64,000 nt of DNA, taken from NCBI GenBank assembly GCA_021791245.1, contig JAJYWY010000007.1, positions 16,340 to 80,339 of the forward strand, in the 5' to 3' direction. The notes beneath the pieces are model-generated. The model made no database searches and had not been told where the DNA came from. It worked only from the letters and a program-made list of their open reading frames with translations. Of this stretch, positions 39,704 to 50,362 are shown in pieces. The DNA is from Candidatus Micrarchaeota archaeon. Its GTDB lineage: Archaea; Micrarchaeota; Micrarchaeia; Micrarchaeales; CABMGC01. Within the stretch, counting starts at the first letter, position 1; the number at the start of each line of letters is the position of its first letter. Both the position numbers and the translations under genes were made by a program.

Positions 39704-41614
39704 TTATACATCAAGAAACTTCACTTCGCTTGCATGTTCTTCCAAGAACCGTCTCCTTTCTACGACATCAAGACCCATAAGGACCGTAAAGAGCCTATCT
39801 GTTCTCTCAGCATCTTTTATCATTATTTTTTTGAGTATTCTATGTTCAGGATTCATCGTCGTCTCCCAAAGCTGCTCCGGGTTCATCTCTCCAAGACCCT
39901 TGTATCTCTGCAAGCCGAAATTGCCTCCCAGCTTATTGGTCTTGTCTGCAAGCTCCGCATCGCTATAACAGTAAATTATTTCCTTTCCCTTTGTTATCTT
40001 ATATAATGGGGGTTGCACTACATATACATATCCTGTTTCCACAAGCTTTTTCATATATCTGTAGAAGAACGTAAGGAGAAGCGTCTGTATATGGCTCCCG
40101 TCAACGTCAGCATCGCTCATTATTATGATTTTATGGTACCGCGCATTCTCGTGGTTAAAATTCTCGGCAATCCCAGTTCCAAGTGCAGTGACAATGTTTC
40201 TTATTTCTTGATTCTGAAATATCCTGTCTGTGGTAGCCTTTTCAACATTAAGTATTTTTCCTCTGAGTGGAAGTATTGCCTGAAACTTCTTGTCCCGCCC
40301 CTGTTTACTTGAACCTCCTGCACTTTCCCCCTCCACAATAAATATCTCTGATGCTGCAGGATTTCTGTCAGAACAGTCGGCAAGCTTTCCGGGGAGAATG
40401 CTTGCCTCAAAGACTCCCTTTCTCCTTACTAGCTCTTTTGCCTTCCTTGCGCTTTCCCTAGCTATGGCCGCACTAACAACCTTTTCTGCTATGGCCCGTG
40501 CATCCCCTGGGTGCTCTTCCAAGTACCTGGAAAGAAAAGAGTAAAAAGTAGTGTCTACATAGCTCTTTATCTGCATGCTTCCAAGCTTCTCCTTCGTCTG
40601 CCCCTCGAATTCGGGTTCGGGCATCAGCACGTTTACAATGGCAGTCAATCCCTCCCTTGCATCATCCCCATTGAGTTTGAGTTCCGAATTCTTGCTTGAT
40701 TTCGAGGCATAGCCTATTATTGCCCTTGTAAGGGCAGCATGAAAGCCAGCTACGTGAGTCCCTCCTTCGGGGGTCTGTATGTTATTTACGAACGATGCAA
40801 GCCTTTCGTCATAAGTGTCATTGTACTGAAGTGCGATTTCCACAACCACATTTTTCTCCAATTCTTTCCTTACATGCAATATATCCGTTATTGGATTCTT
40901 TCCCTTGTTCATGTCAGCTATGAACTCGGTCACTCCCCCCTCCGAATAATACACTATCTCCTCGTGTGTGCCGAATCTGTCATCAATGAATGTGAGCTTT
41001 ATTCCTCTGTTCAGGAAACCCAAGTACTTCATCCTGTCCTTTATTGAAGAAGATTCGAATGTAGGAACTTTGAATATCTCAGGATCAGGCTTGAACTTTA
41101 TGCTGGTTCCTCTTCCATCGGTATCTCCTATTATTTCTACCTGCGACGTTGGCAATCCCCTTTCGTATGTCTGCCTATATATATGTCCATCCCTCTTAAC
41201 AATAACCTCAAGTGATTCCGAGAGCGCATTTATCACAGTGACACCTACCCCATGGAGGCCTCCCGATGTCTTGTAATTCTCCTGTGAAAATTTTCCTCCA
41301 GAATGGAGTGAAGTCATAATGACTTCAAGCGCGCTCTTATTCTGTTTCGGCATTATATCCACAGGTATACCCCTGCCATCATCTGTTACTTCGCATATAT
41401 CTCCGGTTTCAGTACCGTAAAGATGCACAGTGATGTTTTTGCAGTATCCTGCAAGCGCTTCGTCAATCGCATTGTCAAGGGCTTCGAATAACAAGTGGAC
41501 AACCCCGTAAGTACTGGTTGAACCTATATACATGGCCGGTCTCTTCCGTATTCCCTGCACTCCTTCAAGGACTACTATTTTTGAAGCGTTGTATTCATCC
41601 CCTGAATTTTCCAT
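39704..41614 (-). CDS. gyrB: DNA gyrase subunit B
   Basis: GHKL ATPase ([28 protein letters not shown]) and Toprim ([25 protein letters not shown]). The ORF opens at TTG 41662; ATG 41614 is the likelier start. Confidence 0.9.
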   Translation of the reverse strand: MENSGDEYNASKIVVLEGVQGIRKRPAMYIGSTSTYGVVHLLFEALDNAIDEALAGYCKNITVHLYGTETGDICEVTDDGRGIPVDIMPKQNKSALEVIMTSLHSGGKFSQENYKTSGGLHGVGVTVINALSESLEVIVKRDGHIYRQTYERGLPTSQVEIIGDTDGRGTSIKFKPDPEIFKVPTFESSSIKDRMKYLGFLNRGIKLTFIDDRFGTHEEIVYYSEGGVTEFIADMNKGKNPITDILHVRKELEKNVVVEIALQYNDTYDERLASFVNNIQTPEGGTHVAGFHAALTRAIIGYASKSSKNSELKLNGDDAREGLTAIVNVLMPEPEFEGQTKEKLGSMQIKSYVDTTFYSFLSRYLEEHPGDARAIAEKVVSAAIARESARKAKELVRRKGVFEASILPGKLADCSDRNPAASEIFIVEGESAGGSSKQGRDKKFQAILPLRGKILNVEKATTDRIFQNQEIRNIVTALGTGIAENFNHENARYHKIIIMSDADVDGSHIQTLLLTFFYRYMKKLVETGYVYVVQPPLYKITKGKEIIYCYSDAELADKTNKLGGNFGLQRYKGLGEMNPEQLWETTMNPEHRILKKIMIKDAERTDRLFTVLMGLDVVERRRFLEEHASEVKFLDV

Positions 41615-41765
41615 AAAACCAGTTTGACGTCGTAAAGAATAGCATGTATTTATTGCATTCAATGCTTATAAACCTTCTCTAAGAACCACAAACACCCGAT
41701 TATTTTCCGCCAAAACCAAGTACATATATATTACTTTATAAATATCATATTATTGGGGTGAGGGA

Positions 41766-43091
41766 ATGGCAAAAAGAATCCTGATAATAGGAGCAGCAGG
41801 GAGGGATTTTCATAATTTCAACATGCTTTTCAGGGATAATACCGCATATAATATAGTGGCATTCACGGCAGCGCAAATTCCTTACATATCGAACAGAATC
41901 TATCCAAAGGAACTGAGCGGAAAGAACTATCCAAAAGGCATAAAAATTTATGACGAATCGGAACTTGCAAACTTAATAAAGAAACTGTCTGTTGACGCAT
42001 GCATAATGTCTTACAGTGACCTTAGCTATCTTGATGTTATGAAGAAGTCGAGCATAGTGAATTCTGCAGGCGCCGATTTTTGGCTCCTTGCTCCGGAAAA
42101 GACCATGCTAAAGTCAGAAAAGCCAGTTATAGCTGTTTCTGCGGTAAGGACAGGCAGCGGGAAGACGCAGACGACTAAGTACATATCGCTTTTCCTAAGG
42201 AAGCACGGCGTAAATCCCGTGATAATAAGGCACCCAATGCCTTACGGTGTATTGAAAAACCAAATAATAGAGAGATTTGCCACATTAAAAGATCTTGACA
42301 AATACAAAACAACTATAGAAGAAAGAGAAGATTATGAACCTCATATACGCAATGGATTCGTAGTATACGCCGGAGTAGATTACAGCAAGATCCTAAGAAA
42401 AGCGGAGAAAGAGGCAGACGTAATAATATTTGACGGTGGAAATAACGACACTCCTTTCGTAAAGCCGAATCTGCAGATAACAATAGCAGATCCATTGAGG
42501 AGCGGAAACGAACTGACATACTATCCGGGCGAGACTGCAGCAAGACTTGCTGATGTGCTCCTTGTAAACAAAATAAATTCAGCAAAAGAGGCACAGATAA
42601 AAGAAGTAACATCAAACCTAAAGTCAATAAACAATACTGCAAAGATAGTGTACGCAAAATCCATAGTTAAAATAGATAAGGAGAACGAGAAGCTTATAAA
42701 AAGAAAGAGGGTTTTGGTGGTTGAGGACGGACCTTCGATAACGCACGGCTCAATGAAGTTCGGTGCAGGAACCGTAGCGGCCAAGAAATACGGGGCAAGG
42801 GAACTCGTAGATGCAAAGAAATATGCAGTTGGAGAGATAAAGAAGATGTTTGAAAAGTATCCTATACTTGACAAGGAGCTGCCAGCAGTAGGTTACAGCG
42901 AAAAACAAATAAAGGACTTGGAGTATACAATAAATAAGGCACCATGCGATGCGGTTCTATCGGCAACTCCGACAGACTTAAATCAGCTTGTAGATGCAAA
43001 CAAGCCAATAGTACAAGTGTATTACGACCTAAGCCCTGTTGGAAATGCATTTGACAACATTTTAAAGGAGTTCCTACAAAAGTATCTGTGA
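41766..43091 (+). CDS. P-loop protein of the COG2403 / cyclic 2,3-diphosphoglycerate synthetase-like family
   Basis: RILIIGAAGRDFHNFN N-terminus and P-loop SAVRTGSGKTQTT, 441 aa. The family was assigned from memory of COG2403 features. Confidence 0.5.
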   Translation: MAKRILIIGAAGRDFHNFNMLFRDNTAYNIVAFTAAQIPYISNRIYPKELSGKNYPKGIKIYDESELANLIKKLSVDACIMSYSDLSYLDVMKKSSIVNSAGADFWLLAPEKTMLKSEKPVIAVSAVRTGSGKTQTTKYISLFLRKHGVNPVIIRHPMPYGVLKNQIIERFATLKDLDKYKTTIEEREDYEPHIRNGFVVYAGVDYSKILRKAEKEADVIIFDGGNNDTPFVKPNLQITIADPLRSGNELTYYPGETAARLADVLLVNKINSAKEAQIKEVTSNLKSINNTAKIVYAKSIVKIDKENEKLIKRKRVLVVEDGPSITHGSMKFGAGTVAAKKYGARELVDAKKYAVGEIKKMFEKYPILDKELPAVGYSEKQIKDLEYTINKAPCDAVLSATPTDLNQLVDANKPIVQVYYDLSPVGNAFDNILKEFLQKYL

Positions 43092-43092
43092 T

Positions 43093-43167
43093 GGGTCCGT
43101 AACTCAGTTTGGTCAGAGTGATTGGCTCTTAACCAATAAGTCGTGGGTTCAAATCCCACCGGGCCCG
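43093..43167 (+). tRNA. tRNA-Lys (CUU)
   Basis: GGGTCCG-TA-ACTC..GAGT-G-ATTGG-CTCTTAA-CCAAT-AAGTC-GTGGG-TTCAAAT-CCCAC-CGGGCCC-G. It starts 1 nt after the upstream stop codon. Confidence 0.9.
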
Positions 43168-43329
43168 CATATTTTTACAGTCAGCTGGAGCAGGTGCGAA
43201 TCCTCTGGCATATTTACATTTTTGCTTCAGAAAATGCCCAAACCGCTTGAAGCAGGAATGCTGGCTATCATATCAGAAAATAAGCGCTTTATACAAAAAA
43301 ACTAAAAGTCTCTGAATAACTCAATATCT

Positions 43330-43788
43330 ATGGAATTTTACGAAAACAGCAAGAATGGATTTACAAACCAAATAAAGGCCATTTATGCTGTTAAGCAATT
43401 CATACAGTCATGCATAGAACATGAAACAATAGGATCAGTATGCTACTATTTAAATCAAGGCGGTACAAAGAACGGAAATAATGAATACCAAGCCCTTTTA
43501 TTCAGCCTCAGGATAAATCTTAAGAAAGGATTCCCGCTCGAATACGCTTATAACATAGTAAAAATGACGCTTGATGGGCTGGAGGCGGGGAAAGGGATAA
43601 CATATAATTTCTTCACTGAACTGGACAGGCCATATAAAAAGCCATGTCTTCTTATAGAGGCAGGAGATATTAATGCTGAAGACCAAATACTAATAAATTG
43701 CATTGCCGATACTATGAAGATGCTTAATATAAGCCTAAGCAGCAAGCTAAAGGATGCTGGCATGTTCAAGCCTATGTATGAGGCATGA
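43330..43788 (+). CDS. Hypothetical protein, 152 aa
   Basis: A clean ORF with no recognisable motif. Confidence 0.4.
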   Translation: MEFYENSKNGFTNQIKAIYAVKQFIQSCIEHETIGSVCYYLNQGGTKNGNNEYQALLFSLRINLKKGFPLEYAYNIVKMTLDGLEAGKGITYNFFTELDRPYKKPCLLIEAGDINAEDQILINCIADTMKMLNISLSSKLKDAGMFKPMYEA

Positions 43789-43815
43789 TAAGTAGTTATA
43801 AACAGGCATAACCTA

Positions 43816-44457
43816 TTAATCGTACTTAATGAAATAATCCACGCCAATGCTATGGTTTAAGGCAAGGACTTTCCATAATCCTTCCCTATTTTTTTCTATA
43901 ACAGAAATTCCCGCATTTGCAATTATTAATGTCTTTTTTAGCTTGTTGAATTCACTTGGAGCGATATCTTCGCCCATGAGAACAATCCCGATAATCATGC
44001 ATATGACTTCGCTATGTGTTACTACAACCAGCGTTTTTTCCCTGCGATTTTCAATCATATTTATGATCTTGAGCACTCTTTCCCTAAATTCGTAGAAATT
44101 TTCCTCATCAGAATGGTGCCAGAAAGGGTTGTTTGAATGCGCTTTCATTTGTGCTGCTATCCTAATCGCGATCTTGCTTTCGTGCATTTTGCCTTGAATT
44201 GCCGAAGGCCGCTTCCATTCTGCCATCAATCTGCTGTATACGACTTTTTTCCCTGTATACTTGCTTATAATATTTGCAGTCTGCATAGCCCTTTTATAAT
44301 TGCTTGCCATTATCCTGCCTATCCTTATATTCTTTAGGCTCTTAGCTGCTGAGATAGCCTGTTCTTTTCCAACATCCGAAAGCGGAGAATCTGGGAATTG
44401 GTGTATGCCTACGCGGTTCAATGCGCTTTCTCCGTGCCTTACCAAGATTAATTTCAT
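43816..44457 (-). CDS. Histidine phosphatase superfamily (phosphoglycerate-mutase-like) protein
   Basis: LILVRHGES catalytic motif and a downstream VVTHSEVI. Confidence 0.8.
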   Translation of the reverse strand: MKLILVRHGESALNRVGIHQFPDSPLSDVGKEQAISAAKSLKNIRIGRIMASNYKRAMQTANIISKYTGKKVVYSRLMAEWKRPSAIQGKMHESKIAIRIAAQMKAHSNNPFWHHSDEENFYEFRERVLKIINMIENRREKTLVVVTHSEVICMIIGIVLMGEDIAPSEFNKLKKTLIIANAGISVIEKNREGLWKVLALNHSIGVDYFIKYD

Positions 44458-44515
44458 AATTTTATATCACATGCAATATATAAAAGCAAGCAATCCGGAG
44501 GAAAACATCCACAAT

Positions 44516-45283
44516 TTATTTTTTGCGTATGATCTGCTCCGCTATTTTACTGATGTTCCTCTTCATCTCCATATACTCTGCATCTTTAATGATGATCATA
44601 ATCTCCCTGTATGCTGATCTTGCGTTAGGACTGAATCTTGTATCGTTCACTATTTTTTCCAATACATTTAAAGGCGTCTCACCGTATGCATTCCTTATTA
44701 GAACGCTTGCACCTTTGTCTATCAGCGCCTGCACCATCTTCACAGAACAGCACCTTAATGCAGGAAAAATCGCGGTTTCACCATTTATGCACTTGATATT
44801 GCATTTTGCACCGTGATCTAATAGCCATACCAATGAATCCTCAACCAAATATTTAGCCATTACATATAATGGAGTCGCTTCTCCCAAAACAAATTCATTT
44901 ATGTCCCTTATTTGAGTTTTGATGTTTATATCGTAACCATTTTCCAGCAGCATGGAAGCAAATTCCATTTTCTCTTCCAGCAGCGAATATATGAACGCAG
45001 TGAATCCAGCAAGATTTGTATCATCTACACGCGCCCCATTTTCTAAAAAGAATCTCCCTATCTCGACATTACCTTTCAATGCTGCAGCTATAAGGGGTGT
45101 CTCCCCAAAATCGCTTTTGAAATTTACCGGCACATTATATTTTAATACCAACTCTTTGCATCTGGACATATCCCCTTCCTCAGCGGCGTCTATAAGCCTG
45201 CACCCCAATGCATATCTCCTAATGTCCTCTGACATCATTTTCCCATCGTAGATGTTTCTGCTTATAAAATCCATACTAATCAT
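44516..45283 (-). CDS. Ankyrin-repeat protein
   Basis: Repeats include GETPLIAAALKGNVEIGRFFLENGARVDD, GETAIFPALRCCSVKMVQALIDKGASV and GETPLNVL. Confidence 0.8.
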   Translation of the reverse strand: MISMDFISRNIYDGKMMSEDIRRYALGCRLIDAAEEGDMSRCKELVLKYNVPVNFKSDFGETPLIAAALKGNVEIGRFFLENGARVDDTNLAGFTAFIYSLLEEKMEFASMLLENGYDINIKTQIRDINEFVLGEATPLYVMAKYLVEDSLVWLLDHGAKCNIKCINGETAIFPALRCCSVKMVQALIDKGASVLIRNAYGETPLNVLEKIVNDTRFSPNARSAYREIMIIIKDAEYMEMKRNISKIAEQIIRKK

Positions 45284-45846
45284 TTCCTTTTAAGATGTTT
45301 TATGGCTTCCTCTACCTCTTTTGAATTGCTCCTTGGATTTACTAGCCAGTTGTTTGAAACTGACAGGTAATACAGGTTTCCAGTGCTGCTGTAGATTTTT
45401 AGCCACATGTGCGGATACGGGTCGCCCCAAAATTCCCAAGTCCTGTCATCAATGTTTATTTGTAATCCCTTTCCAAAAACCACCCTGGAGCCTTCATTTA
45501 CCAGGCACATCCCAACCAATGCCGTATGTTCCTTACACACTGCCAATTTCTTCAATATAACATCCGTTAATTTTACGACCATTTTTCCGTCAGTATCCCA
45601 AATATCCTTTTCTCTCTCGTCATACTCAATTTCATTGTAAACAAAAGCCATGAATTTCTTTGCGCGGGCAAGGCCAACAGAGTTGCCTGCAAAGGAAGAA
45701 GCTCTCTTATAAAAAGACAAAAAAATCTTGTCATTCTTTTTTGGCAAAAGCAGCTTATTCCTGCCATCGCTTATTATTTTTCCAAAATCCAATTCTCCAT
45801 CCTGTATATGTGTGTACTTATTCCTGGCTTCTTTGAATCTATACAT
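45280..45846 (-). CDS. Hypothetical protein with a possible transglutaminase-like (papain-fold) core
   Basis: AVCKEHTALVGMCLVNEGSRVVFGKG ... YPHMWLKIY resembles the Cys-helix and H-x-W segments of transglutaminase-like proteins, but no clear third catalytic Asp is present. It overlaps the ankyrin gene start by 4 nt. Confidence 0.35.
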   Translation of the reverse strand: MYRFKEARNKYTHIQDGELDFGKIISDGRNKLLLPKKNDKIFLSFYKRASSFAGNSVGLARAKKFMAFVYNEIEYDEREKDIWDTDGKMVVKLTDVILKKLAVCKEHTALVGMCLVNEGSRVVFGKGLQINIDDRTWEFWGDPYPHMWLKIYSSTGNLYYLSVSNNWLVNPRSNSKEVEEAIKHLKRK

Positions 45847-45899
45847 AATCCTCCAAACAAAAATCTCATTTGGCGTATTTAAAGTTTATGTGCAACTAC

Positions 45900-48686
45900 T
45901 CATCTAGCCCAAAATTTCTTTGTCCTCACGAACTGCTTCTGCGCATTTAGAAGATCTGCGATGAAAGCATTGTCATCACTTCTAAGCCTCCTCAGCAGCA
46001 TAGCTGCCGTGCCAGGCCCTATTCCGTAGGTAGAAAGGGCCATGATTGCCCTCACGCCATAAGAGCTTATTAGGCTTGCCACCTTCATTGCCTCCCGGTA
46101 TTCCTTCTCTTCGCCTTGCGACAGCCTCCTCTTATTCTTCTTTTTTTCAACCGCTTCTTCATAGCTTATTTTATATAGCGACACCATAGTGCTTCCGCAC
46201 GACACGCAGGCTATCTTTGCTTCATGTGCCAGTTCAGAAATTTTTCTTGAGCTCCTGAATCCGCAGTATGTGCAGTAAAGCTCCACGCTCTTGTCAATAA
46301 GCTTTTTCTCGAATTCCTTAACCTCTACACTGTCTTTCCTTGCCACCGAGTTAAGCTCTGCATAATAATAAGACTCTTTGAATATCTCGTTTGCAAGCGC
46401 AGATCCGCTACTGTAATAGATATTTACCTTAGTTTTTCCTTTCTTGATTCTTTCCTGCAGATCGATTATCGAATTTATGTCGAAATAGTTCTTGTTTATA
46501 TCCCTTATCGTCTCCTCGAAGATTGGTGATGACGCATAAAAGTCTATTATCCTGTTCGCCATGCTTTTTGTCACATTCGCCTTCTTCTCAACCACCCCAA
46601 ATGCCTTGGCAATTTGCACGAATTTGTACCTGAATAATTCAGAGTTCCGCATTACATTTTTGTTCTCCGCTAGGGCTTTGAGGTTTGTGCTCTTGAATAC
46701 CGCCATTATTCTGTCCATATTCGGGTGCTTCCCGAAGCCTATGTCTATTATTATTGCATACTGGCTGACTTTCATGTGCGGAGTTATGCCAGTATCCGCT
46801 GCGATGAGAAGATTCAGCACTCTGCCGAAAAAGGTGTTTGCGAGTTTTCCGAGAGGCGAATGGACTATTATGTAATTATCAAGTTCTTCTACCTGCAGAA
46901 CTCCGGGATCAATGGAAAAATACTTTTTCTGTTCGTTATTGAACGATTCTAACGCATATGTTATATTTTTGTCTATCCTGATGCCTTTTACGCTATGCAG
47001 CCCCTTTGACGCAAGCTCATATGTCCTTTCTGCTATCTCCTTTGTAACCGGTATGTCCTCCCCCTCCCAGTCAGGTATCGCTGCAGCCTCAAACGTGTCG
47101 TTAGGCTCTACGTATATAACATTCTCATCTATGCTGAGAACCTTCCATTGCAGGCCTTTAGTTATGAATACAGATCCGTCTTCTATGTTATTGGCTACGA
47201 AACTTTCGTCAAGATTGGCTATTATCCTGTTATTATGCGCTGATTTCACCACAAAAAAGTTCCTGCTGCTTATCATGCTTATGTTCTGATAGAAATAGCC
47301 CATTGTACGGGCGCCTATGGACAGCCTTCTTTCCTTTACCCTTACAAGCTTCTGCAGTATGCAGAAATCCAGCACGGAGCCGAATGCCTTGCTATCAATG
47401 TTTCTGAAAGCAGAAGACCTCGCTATTATGCCTGCTGCCTTCTCCACATCTATGTCCCTGTACTCAAGAGCAATGGCGCATATCTGGTTGGCAAGCACAT
47501 CGAGGGCAAGATTCTCCGGGTATTTCCTCTCAAGGGTGCCAGATAATACCGCTTCACCAATGGATATGGATTCAAGGCCGTCTATAAGCGATCCGGTTAT
47601 TATAATGCCCCTAGAAGTTTCGCCTGCCCTGTGCCCGCCCCTTCCGAATCTTTGCACAAGCCGCGTAGCCTGCCTCGGCGAGTTATACTGCACTACCATG
47701 TCAACCGAGCCTATGTCTATGCCAAGTTCAAGCGAGCTTGTGGCTATTATCCCCTTTATTTTTCTTTCCTTGAACTCGTTTTCAACACGTATCCTTTCTT
47801 CCTTGTCTATCGAGCTGTGATGCACTGCCATATCTGGAATATTTTCATAATTTGAACTGAGGTAATGCACTCTGCTCCCAAGCATCTCTACCACCTGCCT
47901 TGTGTTGGCGAATACGATGGACGAAGACGAACGGTTTACAATATCAACAACCCTCTCTATCCTTGCTGCCGATTCCGGGTTTAATGCGAATGCATCTTCG
48001 AAGCCTTTGTACCTTGCATCGCTCTCCTTCGGCATCTCTATTGATATATCGATATTTTTCCTCTCGCTTGTTTCTGCAATGCTGTATTCCCTCCCCGCAA
48101 ACAGGAATTCGGCTATGTTTTCCTTGCTGCCAACAGTAGCGCTTATGCCTATTCTCTGGAAATCCATAGAAATATCCGCAAGCCTTTCGAGCCCCACGCT
48201 TAGCTGTGCTCCCCTTTTACTGCTGTAGATTTCGTGCAGCTCGTCTACTATCACGAATCTTACCTTCTTGAGTTGCTCCCTAATACTATGGTTCAGAAGC
48301 ATAGTCTGCAGGCTCTCGGGGGTGGTTATGATGAGCTGCTGCGGCCTTATTGACTGTTCTTTCTTCTCCTTTGCCGGGGTGTCCCCGTGCCTTACGGAAA
48401 CGGATATCCTAGCGTCAGAGGCAAGCGTTTTTATTCTCTTCAGCATGTCCCTGTTCAATGCACGCAGAGGAGTTATATAAAGTGCAAGAATCCCGGATTT
48501 GTCCCCTATGCCTTCAATAATATCAAGAATAGGCACAAGCGCAGCCTCCGTCTTCCCGCTGCCTGTTGGCGCTATTATCAGGGCATTGCCTCCTTTGCCA
48601 ACTATTGGGAAGGAAAGCGCCTGTATCTCGGTGAGTTTGTCGTACCTTTTTAGAAAAGCCTCGCCTACATTCCCCAAACGGATCAC
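45900..48686 (-). CDS. lhr: Lhr-type large superfamily-2 helicase (DEAD/DEAH box)
   Basis: APTGSGKT, VIVDELHEI, SATVG, QRFGRGGHR. The C-terminal region carries CTYCG...CVSCG, 928 aa. Confidence 0.8.
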   Translation of the reverse strand: MIRLGNVGEAFLKRYDKLTEIQALSFPIVGKGGNALIIAPTGSGKTEAALVPILDIIEGIGDKSGILALYITPLRALNRDMLKRIKTLASDARISVSVRHGDTPAKEKKEQSIRPQQLIITTPESLQTMLLNHSIREQLKKVRFVIVDELHEIYSSKRGAQLSVGLERLADISMDFQRIGISATVGSKENIAEFLFAGREYSIAETSERKNIDISIEMPKESDARYKGFEDAFALNPESAARIERVVDIVNRSSSSIVFANTRQVVEMLGSRVHYLSSNYENIPDMAVHHSSIDKEERIRVENEFKERKIKGIIATSSLELGIDIGSVDMVVQYNSPRQATRLVQRFGRGGHRAGETSRGIIITGSLIDGLESISIGEAVLSGTLERKYPENLALDVLANQICAIALEYRDIDVEKAAGIIARSSAFRNIDSKAFGSVLDFCILQKLVRVKERRLSIGARTMGYFYQNISMISSRNFFVVKSAHNNRIIANLDESFVANNIEDGSVFITKGLQWKVLSIDENVIYVEPNDTFEAAAIPDWEGEDIPVTKEIAERTYELASKGLHSVKGIRIDKNITYALESFNNEQKKYFSIDPGVLQVEELDNYIIVHSPLGKLANTFFGRVLNLLIAADTGITPHMKVSQYAIIIDIGFGKHPNMDRIMAVFKSTNLKALAENKNVMRNSELFRYKFVQIAKAFGVVEKKANVTKSMANRIIDFYASSPIFEETIRDINKNYFDINSIIDLQERIKKGKTKVNIYYSSGSALANEIFKESYYYAELNSVARKDSVEVKEFEKKLIDKSVELYCTYCGFRSSRKISELAHEAKIACVSCGSTMVSLYKISYEEAVEKKKNKRRLSQGEEKEYREAMKVASLISSYGVRAIMALSTYGIGPGTAAMLLRRLRSDDNAFIADLLNAQKQFVRTKKFWAR

Positions 48687-48691
48687 TGTCC

Positions 48692-50362
48692 CTAGTGTGC
48701 AAGTTCTGTTATATATGCGTTGCCATAAGCCGTATACGCTCTGCCTCCTATGCTGTAATTAAGCTTCATGTTGAGTATTAATCCAAGAGGTATCCCGCTT
48801 ACTTTCTCAGCCCCGTTGTAGCATATCAGGCTTAGCGTTTTCGTCTGGTTTGCTTCAAGCGTGAAGTTAAGTCTTTCCGACTGGCCGCTGATGCCCTGGT
48901 AGCAGCTTGCACTGCCGGCCGATATGCTGCTGTTGTTCAGGTTCGTGAGATTAAATGTAATTGTGCTGTTGCTAAATGATATGCCAGAGCACCTGAATCC
49001 GCTCCCGAAAGAGCATGAGCTATTGAATCCAGATACAAATTTCATGCCTTTCCCTGTCAGGTTCAGGCTGCCTATCATATCTATTATCCGTGGAACGGAA
49101 CTTAACAGCATGGACGTATTGACAAATGTAAATGCGCTGACTTCGGACGCATTCAGGTTCCTGTATGTACGTATCATGCTTATTCCAGATACAGATTGCT
49201 TAGACTGGCTTGGTGCCTGTTCATATTCGCTGCAATATTGGCTTCCGCTGTAGTTGCTTATAAGCCCATAGCATATCCCTCCAAGGTTGCCTGGCTTTGT
49301 CATTTCGAAGATGTCAAGCATGCTATTGCCTTCATTCACAAATCCAATTACGGTCTTATTGGAAAGCTTGGAATACAAATTTCCAATGTTTGTCGTATTG
49401 TAGAATGCAGAGTAGTTTGAAATGCCTATGAATAGCGGATGGATGGACAAAGAATTGGAATTTGCGCTGGAAATCTCTTTATTGCATGCATCATTGCCTG
49501 TGAATACGAGCAGCTTGGTCCATCCTCCTGAATAAAAATCGCATAATGTTGTGGAATTGGACAACCTTGCAAAATACATGTTAGTCCCATTTGAAGTGGC
49601 GTTGCTGAAAGAGATGCTTCTGTCGTAATAAGCTATCCCTTCCTTTAGCATTTCAGGTGTAGTCTCTCCGTTTAGCCATATGGAGTAGCCGTATGATCCG
49701 TTGTACCCTGCATATCCCACCGCTTCTGTGCCTATTATAGAAGAAGTGGCGTTTAGAACCGGAATAATAAGCGCATCTGCCCCTGTGGCATTCTCAAGCC
49801 CGCTTATATTTATGCCATAATAGTTTTTTAGGTAATTGAGTACGCTGAATGCATAAGGGGATCCATAAAAGTATGAGACCGCATGGGCATTCGGAACTAG
49901 CATGGAGAAAGGGTTAGCTGCAGATGGCCTGAGCACGGATTCCGTTTTTGCAGACTGGGTATCGTTTCTATTGCTTATATCCTGCACATGCCCTGGATCC
50001 AACACTGCCCCTATTTCATAGGTTCCTGAAACCTGCGGAGTGAAATTGTATATCACATAGGTTTCCTTGCCTGGTGCAAGGCCTATATCATAATATCTAG
50101 AGAAATTCCCATTTATCGTTATCTCTAGGCTTACATTGCTTGCCATGTTGCTCCCGTTATTTGATACAAGTATTGGGATTTGTACCGTTTGATAAGGATA
50201 CATGCTTCCTGCGGTGGCGTTCATGGCCAGCTTCATGACCAGCTGCGTAGAAGACGTCTCCCTTATGTAAAGGGCGATAAGTATTATTGCAACAACTGCC
50301 GCTATTATTAAGTAATCAGTCCTATGCATCAAACCACTAAAATCATTTATTTCTGCCAGCAA
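48692..50362 (-). CDS. Membrane-anchored sequon-rich surface protein
   Basis: N-terminal anchor YLIIAAVVAIILIALYI (likely start MHRTDY at 50329), very many N-x-S/T sites, and a CARDB-like first domain (IPILVSNNGSNMASNVSLEITING). Confidence 0.55.
   Translation of the reverse strand: MLAEINDFSGLMHRTDYLIIAAVVAIILIALYIRETSSTQLVMKLAMNATAGSMYPYQTVQIPILVSNNGSNMASNVSLEITINGNFSRYYDIGLAPGKETYVIYNFTPQVSGTYEIGAVLDPGHVQDISNRNDTQSAKTESVLRPSAANPFSMLVPNAHAVSYFYGSPYAFSVLNYLKNYYGINISGLENATGADALIIPVLNATSSIIGTEAVGYAGYNGSYGYSIWLNGETTPEMLKEGIAYYDRSISFSNATSNGTNMYFARLSNSTTLCDFYSGGWTKLLVFTGNDACNKEISSANSNSLSIHPLFIGISNYSAFYNTTNIGNLYSKLSNKTVIGFVNEGNSMLDIFEMTKPGNLGGICYGLISNYSGSQYCSEYEQAPSQSKQSVSGISMIRTYRNLNASEVSAFTFVNTSMLLSSVPRIIDMIGSLNLTGKGMKFVSGFNSSCSFGSGFRCSGISFSNSTITFNLTNLNNSSISAGSASCYQGISGQSERLNFTLEANQTKTLSLICYNGAEKVSGIPLGLILNMKLNYSIGGRAYTAYGNAYITELAH

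Noticed and set aside
43168-45899. The genes downstream of tRNA-Lys (hypothetical, histidine phosphatase, ankyrin, transglutaminase-like) as a second tRNA-integrated island
   Set aside because: There is no integrase, and by eye I found no repeat of the tRNA-Lys 3' end in the following ~3 kb. The genes belong to a long co-directional block running from 51305 down to 43816.
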